From a virus (lineage: Duplodnaviria > Heunggongvirae > Uroviricota > Caudoviricetes), in IMG/VR virus record IMGVR_UViG_3300031920_000341, positions 144,267-208,266 of that record: a stretch of 64,000 nt of DNA; one strand, 5' to 3'. Every line of letters starts with the position of its first letter. Position 1 is the stretch's first letter. This document shows positions 41,193 to 50,982 of the stretch, one piece after another. The notes under the pieces are model-generated. The model was not told where the DNA came from and ran no database searches. It worked only from the letters and a program-made list of their open reading frames with translations. A program made the translations under genes and the position numbers.

Positions 41193-42185
41193 ATGTTTAG
41201 TCCATCAAAATATACTTGGCGATTCTTTGATTCAGAAAAAAAAATGATGTTAGAACAACCATTAGGTTGGGAAAATCAAAATAGTAATCATGAGGGTGAT
41301 GCGCTTTGGCGTACTGGGTTATCATATATTGCATATAAGGAACAAGTATTAAAAGAAGGAATACTTGGTTGTTATCGTAAATTTACTCAGATTAATAAAG
41401 AAGGAAAGTATTGGTATCAATCAATGCGATGTACTGGACGATATCGTGAAGATGATGTTAGCAGAGATCAAAATATTATAGCATTAAGTTCTCTATACAT
41501 TAATGGCGATATGGATGAATTTAATGAAATAGTAAATCATCTACCGTATAGATTAAGTCGTAGATTTATAATGGGACCAGCTATGTGGCTATGGTTAAAG
41601 GTATTAACTACAGGAAATAAATTATATCTTGTATTATATTCTTTAATTACCATGATTGAACTTATTATATCTACTTTGATTACAAAATCGGTTAATGTTC
41701 TTCTTAAAACAACAAAGGAATATACAGAAGAAGAATTAACACATGTTAATAATTCAACTGGGTTTTGGCATAAGAGAGATGGTAAAGAATGGGTATGGTT
41801 GGTTGAAGACGGTGTATCTGATGGTAAGAAGATGTATGGCACATATATGAAAAAATTAGATGATAATAAATTTTTAAAATTATTGGATAAAATGAAGCAT
41901 CCAGCATATGCGCTTCATTTAACAGGATGGATAGTTTACTGTCTTCCAAATGGATTTTGGAAAAAATCATTAAATAAATTACTATGGTGGGCATCTGAGA
42001 AGAATAATCTTTTATTGAAGAAACTTGTTGGTAAAGATATATCGCAACAAGAAATTGATAATTATAATCCAAGCTATGGATTTAGATGGTCGATTAGATT
42101 TGATGGAACAGAATATATTGATTTATTACAAGGAGAAGATGCTATTTACAATGTAATTGATAAAGATATATTAATGGCTTTATAG
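41193..42185 (+). CDS. hypothetical protein
   Basis: 330 aa. Confidence 0.4.
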   Translation: MFSPSKYTWRFFDSEKKMMLEQPLGWENQNSNHEGDALWRTGLSYIAYKEQVLKEGILGCYRKFTQINKEGKYWYQSMRCTGRYREDDVSRDQNIIALSSLYINGDMDEFNEIVNHLPYRLSRRFIMGPAMWLWLKVLTTGNKLYLVLYSLITMIELIISTLITKSVNVLLKTTKEYTEEELTHVNNSTGFWHKRDGKEWVWLVEDGVSDGKKMYGTYMKKLDDNKFLKLLDKMKHPAYALHLTGWIVYCLPNGFWKKSLNKLLWWASEKNNLLLKKLVGKDISQQEIDNYNPSYGFRWSIRFDGTEYIDLLQGEDAIYNVIDKDILMAL

Positions 42186-42247
42186 ATCAATGGATAGATC
42201 GTGGATCTCCTAAATCTGAGATATGGGTTCGAATCCTATTGGGGTTA
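42176..42247 (+). tRNA. tRNA-like element, anticodon CCT (Arg) with GU-rich acceptor stem
   Basis: Good D arm (GATC-AATGGATA-GATC), anticodon arm (TGGAT-CTCCTAA-ATCTG) and T arm (ATGGG-TTCGAAT-CCTAT). The acceptor GGCTTTA/TGGGGTT pairs only through 5 G-U wobbles + 2 Watson-Crick pairs, and it overlaps the last 10 nt of the upstream ORF. Confidence 0.3.
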
Positions 42248-42496
42248 CTAGTAATATTAATAAATATAATAATTATGAGAATATTAGCAATTAATACAAA
42301 GAAAAAATTTATTGGAAATGCACCTCTTGATGCATATAAATATAATCATATTCCAAATAAAGGAGATTCTATTTTATTTGGAAGTAAAAAATATAAAGTA
42401 ATTTCACGATATTTTCAATATCGTGATGATGAATTAGAAATAGTAAATGTTTATGTTAGACAATTAAGATGGTATGATTATTTTAATTGTTTATAA
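42239..42496 (+). CDS. hypothetical protein
   Basis: 85 aa. Confidence 0.3.
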   Translation: MGLLVILINIIIMRILAINTKKKFIGNAPLDAYKYNHIPNKGDSILFGSKKYKVISRYFQYRDDELEIVNVYVRQLRWYDYFNCL

Positions 42497-42508
42497 AAAA
42501 GAAACTAT

Positions 42509-42868
42509 ATGAGAATAAGTTTTGATTTTGATAGTACTCTTGAAATGATACCAGTCCAGTTATATGCACAAAATTTAGTTAAACTTGGTTTTGATGTATG
42601 GGTTACAACTCGAAGAGGTGAAGATTGGAATAATGAAGATTTAAAACGTGTTATTGAAAAAGTCGGTATACCATTTGAAAATGTTGTATTTCTTAATCTT
42701 AAAAATAAGTATACATTTTTTGAAGGTAGGAATGATTACCTTTGGCATATTGATGATGATCCAGATGATCTTATATTAATGAGCCAATGGACAAATGTAA
42801 TTGGAATAGATGTATATAGTGATTATCAATATCAATGTAATAAATTATTAGATGAAACCAACAAATAA
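42509..42868 (+). CDS. HAD-superfamily phosphatase-like protein (small, nucleotidase-like)
   Basis: Motif I ISFDFDSTL (DxDxT), motif II VWVTT, motif IV LWHIDDDPDD. Confidence 0.55.
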   Translation: MRISFDFDSTLEMIPVQLYAQNLVKLGFDVWVTTRRGEDWNNEDLKRVIEKVGIPFENVVFLNLKNKYTFFEGRNDYLWHIDDDPDDLILMSQWTNVIGIDVYSDYQYQCNKLLDETNK

Positions 42869-43070
42869 ACAAAAAGAAGTAGCTAAGATTATAAAAGATC
42901 AAGCAAGTTTCTGGGGTAGTACAAATGATATTAATTCACCAACACATCATTGTGATATAGATGAATGTGTTGGCAATGCTGTTTTTTTTGAAATAATAAC
43001 AAAACAAGAAGCAAATGAATTAGAAATCAAATTAAGGGATTTATTTGTATTTGTAAAAAAATTACAATAA
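42852..43070 (+). CDS. hypothetical protein
   Basis: 72 aa. Confidence 0.3.
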   Translation: MKPTNKQKEVAKIIKDQASFWGSTNDINSPTHHCDIDECVGNAVFFEIITKQEANELEIKLRDLFVFVKKLQ

Positions 43071-43462
43071 TGAAACAAGTTATAGTCGTAAGGAAAGATC
43101 TGGAAATGAGTCCAGGCAAAATGGGTATTCAAATGGCACACGCCGCAGTGAAATCATTTAAATTACATATGAAGAATCAAGGTAAACTTCATGGTGGCAT
43201 GGATTGTATTAACTATGTAGAAAATACAGATCTTGTTGAATGGAATATGACCGGTGAAGCTAAGATCGGTGTATGGTGTAAGAATATTAATCAATTTGAA
43301 AAAATACTAGTAGATGCACGAGATGCAGGAATAAATGTAGCAATGATTATTGATGAAGGTCGTACTGAATTAAAACCAAATACAATAACATGTATGGCAC
43401 TTGGCCCAGCAGAAGATAAATTAATGAATTCAATTACAGGTAAATTACAATTAATAAAATAA
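43070..43462 (+). CDS. peptidyl-tRNA hydrolase, PTH2 family
   Basis: MKQVIVVRKDLEMSPGKMGIQMAHAAV matches the PTH2 N-terminal signature (VVRxDLxMxxGKxxAQxxHA); ~130 aa, the typical PTH2 size. Confidence 0.75.
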   Translation: MKQVIVVRKDLEMSPGKMGIQMAHAAVKSFKLHMKNQGKLHGGMDCINYVENTDLVEWNMTGEAKIGVWCKNINQFEKILVDARDAGINVAMIIDEGRTELKPNTITCMALGPAEDKLMNSITGKLQLIK

Positions 43463-43473
43463 AATAAAATATT

Positions 43474-43683
43474 ATGTGGGCAAACCGAATTACTTTAGAA
43501 CGATTTATACATCACGATGCAGCAAAGGTGAAAATACAAAGCAAATTAGATGAAAAAGGTGCAACTGATGAATGGATAACAGATTTACACATATTTGCAG
43601 ATGGTGGATATGTTGGATATAAGGTAACATTATCAGATAAATCGTGTTTTACAATTTTTGATAATGGAAAAGAAATTAAATAA
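43474..43683 (+). CDS. hypothetical protein
   Basis: 69 aa. Confidence 0.3.
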   Translation: MWANRITLERFIHHDAAKVKIQSKLDEKGATDEWITDLHIFADGGYVGYKVTLSDKSCFTIFDNGKEIK

Positions 43684-44510
43684 TGATAAATACACCATTT
43701 AATTATACTGGAAGCAAATATAATTTGCTTGAATATATTTTACCTGAGTTAGATTACAGCAAACCATTCTTTGTTGATTTATTTGCAGGTGGCGGTTCAG
43801 TATATACTAATGTTGTAGATCAATATACCAATATACTTGTTAATGATATAATAGTTGATTTAATTGGAATACACAAAGGACTTATTGATAGTGATGATAT
43901 TATTGAAGCAACTAAATCTATTTGTCCGGACAAAAATAATCCTGAACAGTTTTTATCATTAAGAGAAAATTATAATAAAAACCCAACACCAGAAAAGCTA
44001 TGGGCATTAATGTTATCTTCTACAAATAATATGATGAGATTTTCAGGCGGCAAGAACGGTAAGCCATTTAAATATAATCAAACATTTGGTAAACGTACAT
44101 GGAATTCTAACACTGATACTAAAGTTATTAAATTTGTAAATCACATTAGATTATATAAAGATAATATTCACTTTAGCTCAAAACACTTTGCCGATATACC
44201 AATTGAAACAAATGATTTTATGGTTTATATCGATAGTCCATATACAGGAAGTGATGCAGGATATAATTGTTATTGGAATAATGATGATGATTTAAAACTT
44301 TATAATTATATTAAAAAGTTAGATTCAGTCGGTGCATCATTTATGATATCTGGAATACTAGGTGAACATAAAAAAGGAATACGTTGGGAATTGATTGATA
44401 AGTTAATTGCAGATGGTTACAAGTATAAATTAATCGATTTCAATTACAATAAAGTTGCTAGAAAGAAAGAAGAAAAAAATTCAAATGAAATAATTATAAT
44501 GAATTATTAA
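43683..44510 (+). CDS. dam: DNA adenine methyltransferase, Dam/D12 class
   Basis: N-terminal NYTGSKYNLLEYIL and FFVDLFAGGGSV (SAM-binding FxGxG); catalytic YIDSPY (DPPY variant). Confidence 0.8.
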   Translation: MINTPFNYTGSKYNLLEYILPELDYSKPFFVDLFAGGGSVYTNVVDQYTNILVNDIIVDLIGIHKGLIDSDDIIEATKSICPDKNNPEQFLSLRENYNKNPTPEKLWALMLSSTNNMMRFSGGKNGKPFKYNQTFGKRTWNSNTDTKVIKFVNHIRLYKDNIHFSSKHFADIPIETNDFMVYIDSPYTGSDAGYNCYWNNDDDLKLYNYIKKLDSVGASFMISGILGEHKKGIRWELIDKLIADGYKYKLIDFNYNKVARKKEEKNSNEIIIMNY

Positions 44511-44511
44511 G

Positions 44512-44584
44512 AAGAGTTACCTAAGTGGTTAAGGGGGCCGTCTGCAAAACGGTTATTCAAGGGTTCGAATCCCTTACTCTTCTC
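44512..44584 (+). tRNA. tRNA-Cys (anticodon GCA)
   Basis: Perfect 7-bp acceptor GAAGAGT/ACTCTTC, anticodon stem GCCGT/ACGGT with loop CTGCAAA, T arm AAGGG-TTCGAAT-CCCTT, discriminator U73 (Cys identity element). Confidence 0.85.
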
Positions 44585-44638
44585 TGGTGCTGACAATTCT
44601 TACTTTTATGTTTCAATTATATTTCTTATATTTGTATT

Positions 44639-45727
44639 ATGAAAAAAATAATTATTTTTGAATGCGATATTTGCAGAAATCAATATAGAGTTGAAAATCA
44701 TGATAGTATTGAAAAAGCAAAGATAGAGTGTGAAGCATGTGAAGCACGTGGATATGCTGATCCAAATCGTATTGATCATTATGTAATTAATCAAATAATA
44801 GATGGTGGTATTAGAATGACATTTTGTAATTTACCTTTTAGTGTTAATAAGCACCATCTAAGAGCTACATCATGGGCGGCCAGAGATCAATTTTTTAAAA
44901 ACACAGAAAATAAAATTATTCCAACAATAAATGATAATTATGGTGAAATGGTTTGTGCTGGTGGAAATGATAGTTTTATAGAAGCTATGTCTAATGTAGA
45001 ATTTTACAAAAGCAAAAAGGTTGTTGAATTTGGACCACACTTTTTAAGAATGGTTAGATATATGAGAAGCATTGGTTTACCTGCAAAATATTGGAATGGC
45101 GAAAGTGTTGTAATATATGATAAAGAACTTCCAACCAATGAAGAAGATTTTCTTCCACAAACAGAAGAACAGAAAGAAGAAGCAATTAGAAGTAAAACCA
45201 TGATAATTGTTGAACCTGTACTTAAACCTACAATAAAAGATTACAAAATACTTAAGGTAGACTTAGAAGAATTAGAAAAGTATAAAAAGGAAGGGTACAG
45301 TATATTTAAGCGAAGAGCAATATATTTTACCGATTATTCATATAGTGAAAAGGTACAATATGAAGAATTAGAAGGTATACTTAATAAATTTAGAAGACGT
45401 GGTAAAATAATCTTTGATAAGGATATAAAAATAACAAATTCACCACCATTCGATATGTCATTTCAAATATTATTTTTTGATTACGGCGGCGTAATGGGAG
45501 TTGGCGCAGATGATATGATATTTTCACATTGTAAACATCTTGTGCTTGATGCCAAAAAGAATCCACATAAGGATTATATCATAACAAGTGCATTTTCTAG
45601 CTTTGTTGGTTACATGAAAGAAGCAATGGAAGAATTTGGTTATTATACTGGAGATGATGTTCAAGAAAACATATATTTTGGAATTAATAATTATTTAAAG
45701 AAAAATAATTTATTTAAAGAAAAATAA
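44639..45727 (+). CDS. hypothetical protein with N-terminal Cys-rich zinc-finger-like motifs
   Basis: CDICRNQ...CEACEARG; C-terminal FFDYGGVMGVGADD weakly HAD-like. Confidence 0.35.
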   Translation: MKKIIIFECDICRNQYRVENHDSIEKAKIECEACEARGYADPNRIDHYVINQIIDGGIRMTFCNLPFSVNKHHLRATSWAARDQFFKNTENKIIPTINDNYGEMVCAGGNDSFIEAMSNVEFYKSKKVVEFGPHFLRMVRYMRSIGLPAKYWNGESVVIYDKELPTNEEDFLPQTEEQKEEAIRSKTMIIVEPVLKPTIKDYKILKVDLEELEKYKKEGYSIFKRRAIYFTDYSYSEKVQYEELEGILNKFRRRGKIIFDKDIKITNSPPFDMSFQILFFDYGGVMGVGADDMIFSHCKHLVLDAKKNPHKDYIITSAFSSFVGYMKEAMEEFGYYTGDDVQENIYFGINNYLKKNNLFKEK

Positions 45728-45728
45728 T

Positions 45729-46547
45729 ATGAAAGCAAATAATATGACAATTAGTGTGCCAACAGGACCTTGTGATAAATGTCCTTATTGTATTTCTAAA
45801 ATGACGCCTAGCGTTGAAACCAATATTGAAAATTTTTGGGGTAATTTTGATAAAGCAATGGCATATGCTGACAAAGCTGGTGTTACTACTGTATTGATTA
45901 CCGGTAAAGGTGAACCAATTGATAATATTGAACAGTTACAAACAGTTGTTAATGATTTGGCTAGACTTTCTTTTATTGTTGAATTGCAAACCAAACTTGT
46001 AACAAATAAAGATCTTAAAACAATAAAGGATGGTGATTTATATAATGTAGATGTATTTGCCATTTCAGTTGATAACATGAATCAATTATCGAAAATATAT
46101 AAACTTCATACTTATTATCCTAATGCTGTTATACGTATTACTTTTAATGTCAATGACAAGCTAAGCGGGTTTCTTGATAATCCACTTATCATGGATAAAA
46201 TGTTTGAGGACCTTAAAAATAATGGTGTACGTCAGGTGACATTCAGACTACTTACAATTCCAAATCACAGATTAAATACATATGAATCAGATGAAGTTGC
46301 TGATTATATAAAAAAATATACAACAATTGATATATTTAGTAGAATTTCATTATATGTAAAACCACATCGTGTAATACGTACACTTAATTTCGGTCCTGTT
46401 GTTTTTGATGTTAATGGAATATCTGTAACAGTTATGGATTATTGTATACAGGATAAAGAATCTGGAGATAATATAAGAAGTTTAATTTATCATTCTGATG
46501 GTCACATGTATACATCGTGGTCCAGTCTGGCAAGCATAATTTGGTAA
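45729..46547 (+). CDS. radical-SAM-like protein with non-canonical cysteine motif
   Basis: GPCDKCPYC (CxxCxxC rather than CxxxCxxC) followed by TGKGEPIDN resembling the radical-SAM GGEP motif. Confidence 0.35.
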   Translation: MKANNMTISVPTGPCDKCPYCISKMTPSVETNIENFWGNFDKAMAYADKAGVTTVLITGKGEPIDNIEQLQTVVNDLARLSFIVELQTKLVTNKDLKTIKDGDLYNVDVFAISVDNMNQLSKIYKLHTYYPNAVIRITFNVNDKLSGFLDNPLIMDKMFEDLKNNGVRQVTFRLLTIPNHRLNTYESDEVADYIKKYTTIDIFSRISLYVKPHRVIRTLNFGPVVFDVNGISVTVMDYCIQDKESGDNIRSLIYHSDGHMYTSWSSLASIIW

Positions 46548-46548
46548 T

Positions 46549-46791
46549 ATGAGTAACATAAAAAAATCCAATAGGCAAACAGCAAACTTTGAAATACTTA
46601 ATGAGTTATCAGAGTATTTTACTAAATATCCCGATATTAGGTTTAATCAAGCATTATTCAATTTAAATGTACTAGAAGTTATTAATTCAAGAATCAATGG
46701 ACCTTATGTTGTAGATAATCATCATGAGGAACCTAACATAACACTTAAAAAAATAAAAGATACAAAAGAAAAATTTGCTAAACAGAAATAA
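46549..46791 (+). CDS. hypothetical protein
   Basis: 80 aa. Confidence 0.3.
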   Translation: MSNIKKSNRQTANFEILNELSEYFTKYPDIRFNQALFNLNVLEVINSRINGPYVVDNHHEEPNITLKKIKDTKEKFAKQK

Positions 46792-47044
46792 TATGGATCA
46801 TTTTGGAATAATTAAAGCATCTTGTGGAGTATGTTGTTCAAAAATTATACTTTGTCCTAATTGTGAAATTTCAACATTGAAAACAAATAGATTGAAACTA
46901 GAACTTCAATCTGAAATATCAGGAAAATTGAATATGTGGCCAGGTAATGGTGGATTTAAATATTCTGATCTATATGACACACTTAGTGAATTAATGAAAC
47001 ATAAGAAAAACTATCAAATAGTAAACTATGAAACAACACCTTGA
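46775..47044 (+). CDS. hypothetical Cys-rich small protein
   Basis: CGVCCSKIILCPNC. Confidence 0.3.
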   Translation: MLNRNNMDHFGIIKASCGVCCSKIILCPNCEISTLKTNRLKLELQSEISGKLNMWPGNGGFKYSDLYDTLSELMKHKKNYQIVNYETTP

Positions 47045-47070
47045 TAGTACAGAATTAATATACAAATAAT

Positions 47071-47421
47071 ATGGACACACAAAAATATTTTGATGAATTA
47101 GATAAGCTTCAAGAATACATGGGAATGTATATTCAATTATTGCCACATCTTGTTGAATATGGCGGTATGAGATTACATAGACCATATTTACCCACACTTG
47201 AATATTTCAATGAATTTTATGACAATCCTAGTTATTCTTTAGCAAAGGCACACTTTAAAGATTCTATTGTTAAATATCCTTCTGGTACAATTGCTATGTA
47301 CCATGGCCATGGATTAGGGATTCCTGATGGTATTAAAAATAGATTATGTAATTATTGGATGGGTATTAAATTTTATACAAAAAATAACGTAAACGGAAAA
47401 TATGAAAACACCACACCCTGA
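47071..47421 (+). CDS. hypothetical protein
   Basis: 116 aa. Confidence 0.35.
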   Translation: MDTQKYFDELDKLQEYMGMYIQLLPHLVEYGGMRLHRPYLPTLEYFNEFYDNPSYSLAKAHFKDSIVKYPSGTIAMYHGHGLGIPDGIKNRLCNYWMGIKFYTKNNVNGKYENTTP

Positions 47422-47524
47422 CAGGATAGAAGCTAAACCTTATACAGGATTTAATATGGTTTTTGCCGAGCGTTTATTTAATTATGAACCTAAAGGATTA
47501 CATATAAATGAACTTGATCGTAAT

Positions 47525-47992
47525 ATGTTAAAGCAGATGAGATTTGATCTTATTTATTTACGTATGGCAGATGAATGGTCAAAAAATTCTTGTTGTACAA
47601 GAAAGAAAGTTGGATCGATTATTGTAAATGATAATAAGATAATATCCGATGGTTATAATGGAATGCCAAGCGGTTTTGAAAATCAATGCGAAGAACTTGT
47701 GTCTGGTAAAACTAAATGGAATGTACTGCATGCTGAAGCAAATGCTTTAATGAAATTGACGCAATCTAGTGATTCTGCAGAAGGATCCACAGTGTATCTA
47801 ACTTTTTCTCCTTGTAGAGAATGTAGCAAGCTCATGCACCAGGCAGGTATAAAACGTTTAGTATTTACTAGGACACATTCTAATGTTGATGGACTTCACT
47901 TTTTACATGATGCCGGAATTGAAATATGGAGATATCCTCATCCAGATTTTAATGAGTTTGATAAACTAAATAAAATGATTAATGAAAAATAA
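47525..47992 (+). CDS. dCMP deaminase
   Basis: VLHAEANAL (HxE zinc ligand/catalytic Glu) and SPCRECSKLM (PCxxC). ORF is open from 47402, but homology begins near MLKQMRFDLIYLRMADEW, so start set at 47525. Confidence 0.8.
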   Translation: MLKQMRFDLIYLRMADEWSKNSCCTRKKVGSIIVNDNKIISDGYNGMPSGFENQCEELVSGKTKWNVLHAEANALMKLTQSSDSAEGSTVYLTFSPCRECSKLMHQAGIKRLVFTRTHSNVDGLHFLHDAGIEIWRYPHPDFNEFDKLNKMINEK

Positions 47993-48020
47993 TATCTTAT
48001 TGTAACATAGTTTCATATTT

Positions 48021-48052
48021 AAAAAGGACGCATTTAATGCGTCCTTTCTTTA
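48021..48052 (+). terminator. intrinsic terminator
   Basis: AGGACGCAT-TTA-ATGCGTCCT followed by TTCTTT; a second palindrome (48082-48108, ACGCA...TGCGT) may terminate the convergent minus-strand gene. Confidence 0.65.
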
Positions 48053-48131
48053 TTTAAGCAACTTATACTCTGGAAATGAAAAAACGCACCAGGGGTCTCC
48101 TAATGCGTCATAAAATGAAAATTTGTGTATG

Positions 48132-48407
48132 TTATTTAGTAACCATATTGGCAAAAGATAAATTACTTTCAAATACATCAATATAAAGTTCATACTCACT
48201 TTCTTCAGTAAAAGCAATTAAATCTTTTTTTAAGAATTCACAAAACGCAGTTAACAATTCCTTTCGGTTGCTAACATGTTGTATACGTAATTGTTTTTTT
48301 AGTGCCTTTATATGTTTTTTGTGGTCAGAATAATATACATATTCACCATTTTTGTCTGTTACAGTACTATCTCCTGTTAAACTTGTAATTCTTTTTATTT
48401 TATCCAT
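48132..48407 (-). CDS. hypothetical protein
   Basis: 91 aa, minus strand. Confidence 0.35.
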   Translation of the reverse strand: MDKIKRITSLTGDSTVTDKNGEYVYYSDHKKHIKALKKQLRIQHVSNRKELLTAFCEFLKKDLIAFTEESEYELYIDVFESNLSFANMVTK

Positions 48408-48418
48408 CTTAATTTACT

Positions 48419-49369
48419 TTATTTACTATTATTGGATAGTTCTAACTCTTTTGCTAAAAAATACTTTCCTAATTCAATTTTTTCTTTAAGTGTAGCAGAT
48501 TTTAGTATTTCTTGTTTTTGTAGTTCAAGTTCTGTATTTAATTTTATTTGCTCTTGTTTTTTATTTTCCATTTCCAATAATAAATTAATAGTCTGTTCTA
48601 TTTTGGGATTTGCATTTAATGTATATGAAACACTGTCTACATGCATTCCAAGTGAATGTGGTACAAGATTACAATCACGCTTAGGATTTCCCTTTTTGTT
48701 TTTATCTAATGTATATATTGTTTTATTCGATTCAATAAAAGAATGAAATTGAAGTTTACCATTAATAAGTTGATCATTTAATAAACCTGTTATTATATCC
48801 ATTGTTTCTTGTTTTTTGTTTATAACATCAGATAATGATACGATTGGTGGCATTGAGTGTATAATATTTATTAATACTTTTTCTTGATGCTGTCGTATAT
48901 GTATTGCTTCGGTAAAATTCAATAATGTTTCTGGTGATGCTTTATCTAAATTATATGTAACTTTAGCATCCAATGATATAATTATACCATCTTGTGTTTT
49001 AAGTGGTAAACTTTTAAATTCATATGTGGTTGATTTTTGAAATGGAATAATATCATATAATCCAATATATGCTTGTGCTTTATTCCAAAATGTAATTGAA
49101 TCAATTTTTGAATAATCTTGATAGTGTCCTTTACCAATAAGGAATACATATCCTTCATTTGGTTGTGGATATTTCTTTTCTACTTTAACATGGAAATATA
49201 CTAGCATTAAAAACACTGATATAGCCACAAGTAATTTAACCAAAGTAAAACCTTTCTTACTTGCTGGTTCATTAAATCCATTTAGATTATAACGTTCATC
49301 TTTTATTGTTTTCATTTTTTTATTATTAAACATGTATATTATAAATTGAAAATTCAAATTTAGAAACAT
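48419..49369 (-). CDS. hypothetical membrane-anchored protein
   Basis: 316 aa, N-terminal hydrophobic anchor LVKLLVAISVFLMLVYF. Confidence 0.4.
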   Translation of the reverse strand: MFLNLNFQFIIYMFNNKKMKTIKDERYNLNGFNEPASKKGFTLVKLLVAISVFLMLVYFHVKVEKKYPQPNEGYVFLIGKGHYQDYSKIDSITFWNKAQAYIGLYDIIPFQKSTTYEFKSLPLKTQDGIIISLDAKVTYNLDKASPETLLNFTEAIHIRQHQEKVLINIIHSMPPIVSLSDVINKKQETMDIITGLLNDQLINGKLQFHSFIESNKTIYTLDKNKKGNPKRDCNLVPHSLGMHVDSVSYTLNANPKIEQTINLLLEMENKKQEQIKLNTELELQKQEILKSATLKEKIELGKYFLAKELELSNNSK

Positions 49370-49525
49370 CTGAAAGTAATTTATAAGGTGGCACTTGAGG
49401 TGTTGGAGATAATATTAATTCATTTACTCCACTACTAAAAGTATATGTAATATCCTCATAAAAAACATTTGAAATAATTTTTCTATTTTTTTCCATTTTT
49501 AATTATTATAAAACAAAGATACGAG

Positions 49526-50179
49526 ATGATTACGAAACAGAAAAGTAATATAAATAACAAAAAGCATTATTACTATATGTCTAAGATATTCCAGCTCCCA
49601 TTATTTGAAAGCTATGCGCCAAAAGTATTATTAATTGTAGATGTACAAAAACCATTTAAAGAATTCTTTCCATGTGAATATCTTAAAAAATTAAAATGGT
49701 ATGCTGGACAGTTTGAAACAGTATATCAAATCTGGGACGAAACTGAGGCAGAAGCACCTAGTTATCAATTTCATAATGAAGTACAAACAATAGTGAAACA
49801 ATACGGTGGAGACGTTGATGAATCTGATATGGAAAATATGACAGATGAATCAGCAGTAATTTTTAAACAAGAAGAATATGATTATAATACTAAGTTTGAT
49901 TTAAAAGATGGTGGTGCAATATATTATATTGGAAATGGCGGTGAAGGACCAGGTCATGAATGGTTTAGAGTATCAAAAGAATATATAGAATTTCTTAATG
50001 AATTAAAAAGACTTAATGCAGAAATCATATTGGTTGGCGGCGGTAAATTTGAATGTATATATGATGTTGAAATATCATTACTTGATGCTGATATAACTTT
50101 TAATTATAACGATCAATTAGTATACAATGCGAATAGTGGTTGTGATCAAAATCAGGATGAAGAAATTATTCAGGATTAA
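49526..50179 (+). CDS. hypothetical protein
   Basis: 217 aa. Confidence 0.35.
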   Translation: MITKQKSNINNKKHYYYMSKIFQLPLFESYAPKVLLIVDVQKPFKEFFPCEYLKKLKWYAGQFETVYQIWDETEAEAPSYQFHNEVQTIVKQYGGDVDESDMENMTDESAVIFKQEEYDYNTKFDLKDGGAIYYIGNGGEGPGHEWFRVSKEYIEFLNELKRLNAEIILVGGGKFECIYDVEISLLDADITFNYNDQLVYNANSGCDQNQDEEIIQD

Positions 50180-50678
50180 AATCATTTAAGTTTTTATCGT
50201 CCAATGAGTGTACTACAAGTTTGGTCATTATCATATTTAATAAATTAATATCATTTTGATTATTTCCAATTTCACTTAATGTTTTTAATCGTTTAATCTC
50301 AGGTAAGCTATTAATAAGCGTATTTTTTAAATTATGCGCGATATGTATTTTGCTATCGCCTTTTATTTTTAAACCATAAAATTCTTCAATATCCTTACCA
50401 TTTAAAATTTCAAATGTACTGTTAGCTACGGGATCACCGATATCTTCACATATAACATAATACATTTGTTCAGAATTTGGATCGCTTGTATTTGGCGTTG
50501 GCAATGGAATTAACATTAATACTAATGCTTTATCATCATTACGAGTTAACCATATTTCCATATTCCTAAAGCTAACTGATTGATAACGTGCCCATTTAAT
50601 TTTATCAGTATTAATTGGCGGTATATTTGCTTTATCAATTACATTAAAAAATTTTTCCATGTCATATTTTATGCTCAT
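50166..50678 (-). CDS. hypothetical protein
   Basis: 170 aa minus strand. Confidence 0.35.
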   Translation of the reverse strand: MSIKYDMEKFFNVIDKANIPPINTDKIKWARYQSVSFRNMEIWLTRNDDKALVLMLIPLPTPNTSDPNSEQMYYVICEDIGDPVANSTFEILNGKDIEEFYGLKIKGDSKIHIAHNLKNTLINSLPEIKRLKTLSEIGNNQNDINLLNMIMTKLVVHSLDDKNLNDFNPE

Positions 50679-50868
50679 TTAATATTTCTTTTATTTTTGA
50701 TATTTTATTTGTTAAATCTTTAAGATATTGTTTTTTGCCTTTTGTCATTTTGTCATAACTCCATTGACGTTCAAGTTTATCATGTGATTCTATTATCATT
50801 TTAAGATAATCTGGTAATACAGATATTTCAAAATAAGTTCCAGCAATTTTAATTCGTTCAGTATTCAT
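50662..50868 (-). CDS. hypothetical protein
   Basis: 68 aa minus strand, overlaps downstream minus gene by 17 nt. Confidence 0.3.
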   Translation of the reverse strand: MNTERIKIAGTYFEISVLPDYLKMIIESHDKLERQWSYDKMTKGKKQYLKDLTNKISKIKEILNEHKI

Positions 50869-50982
50869 TTTAATTTTATATAAAACTTTAAATTAGTTTT
50901 AATGCAAAGATAATTAATTTATTTGATAAGGAAAAGTAAACTTTAATAAAATTTTTGATATAATGATAAAACATTTCAACTT

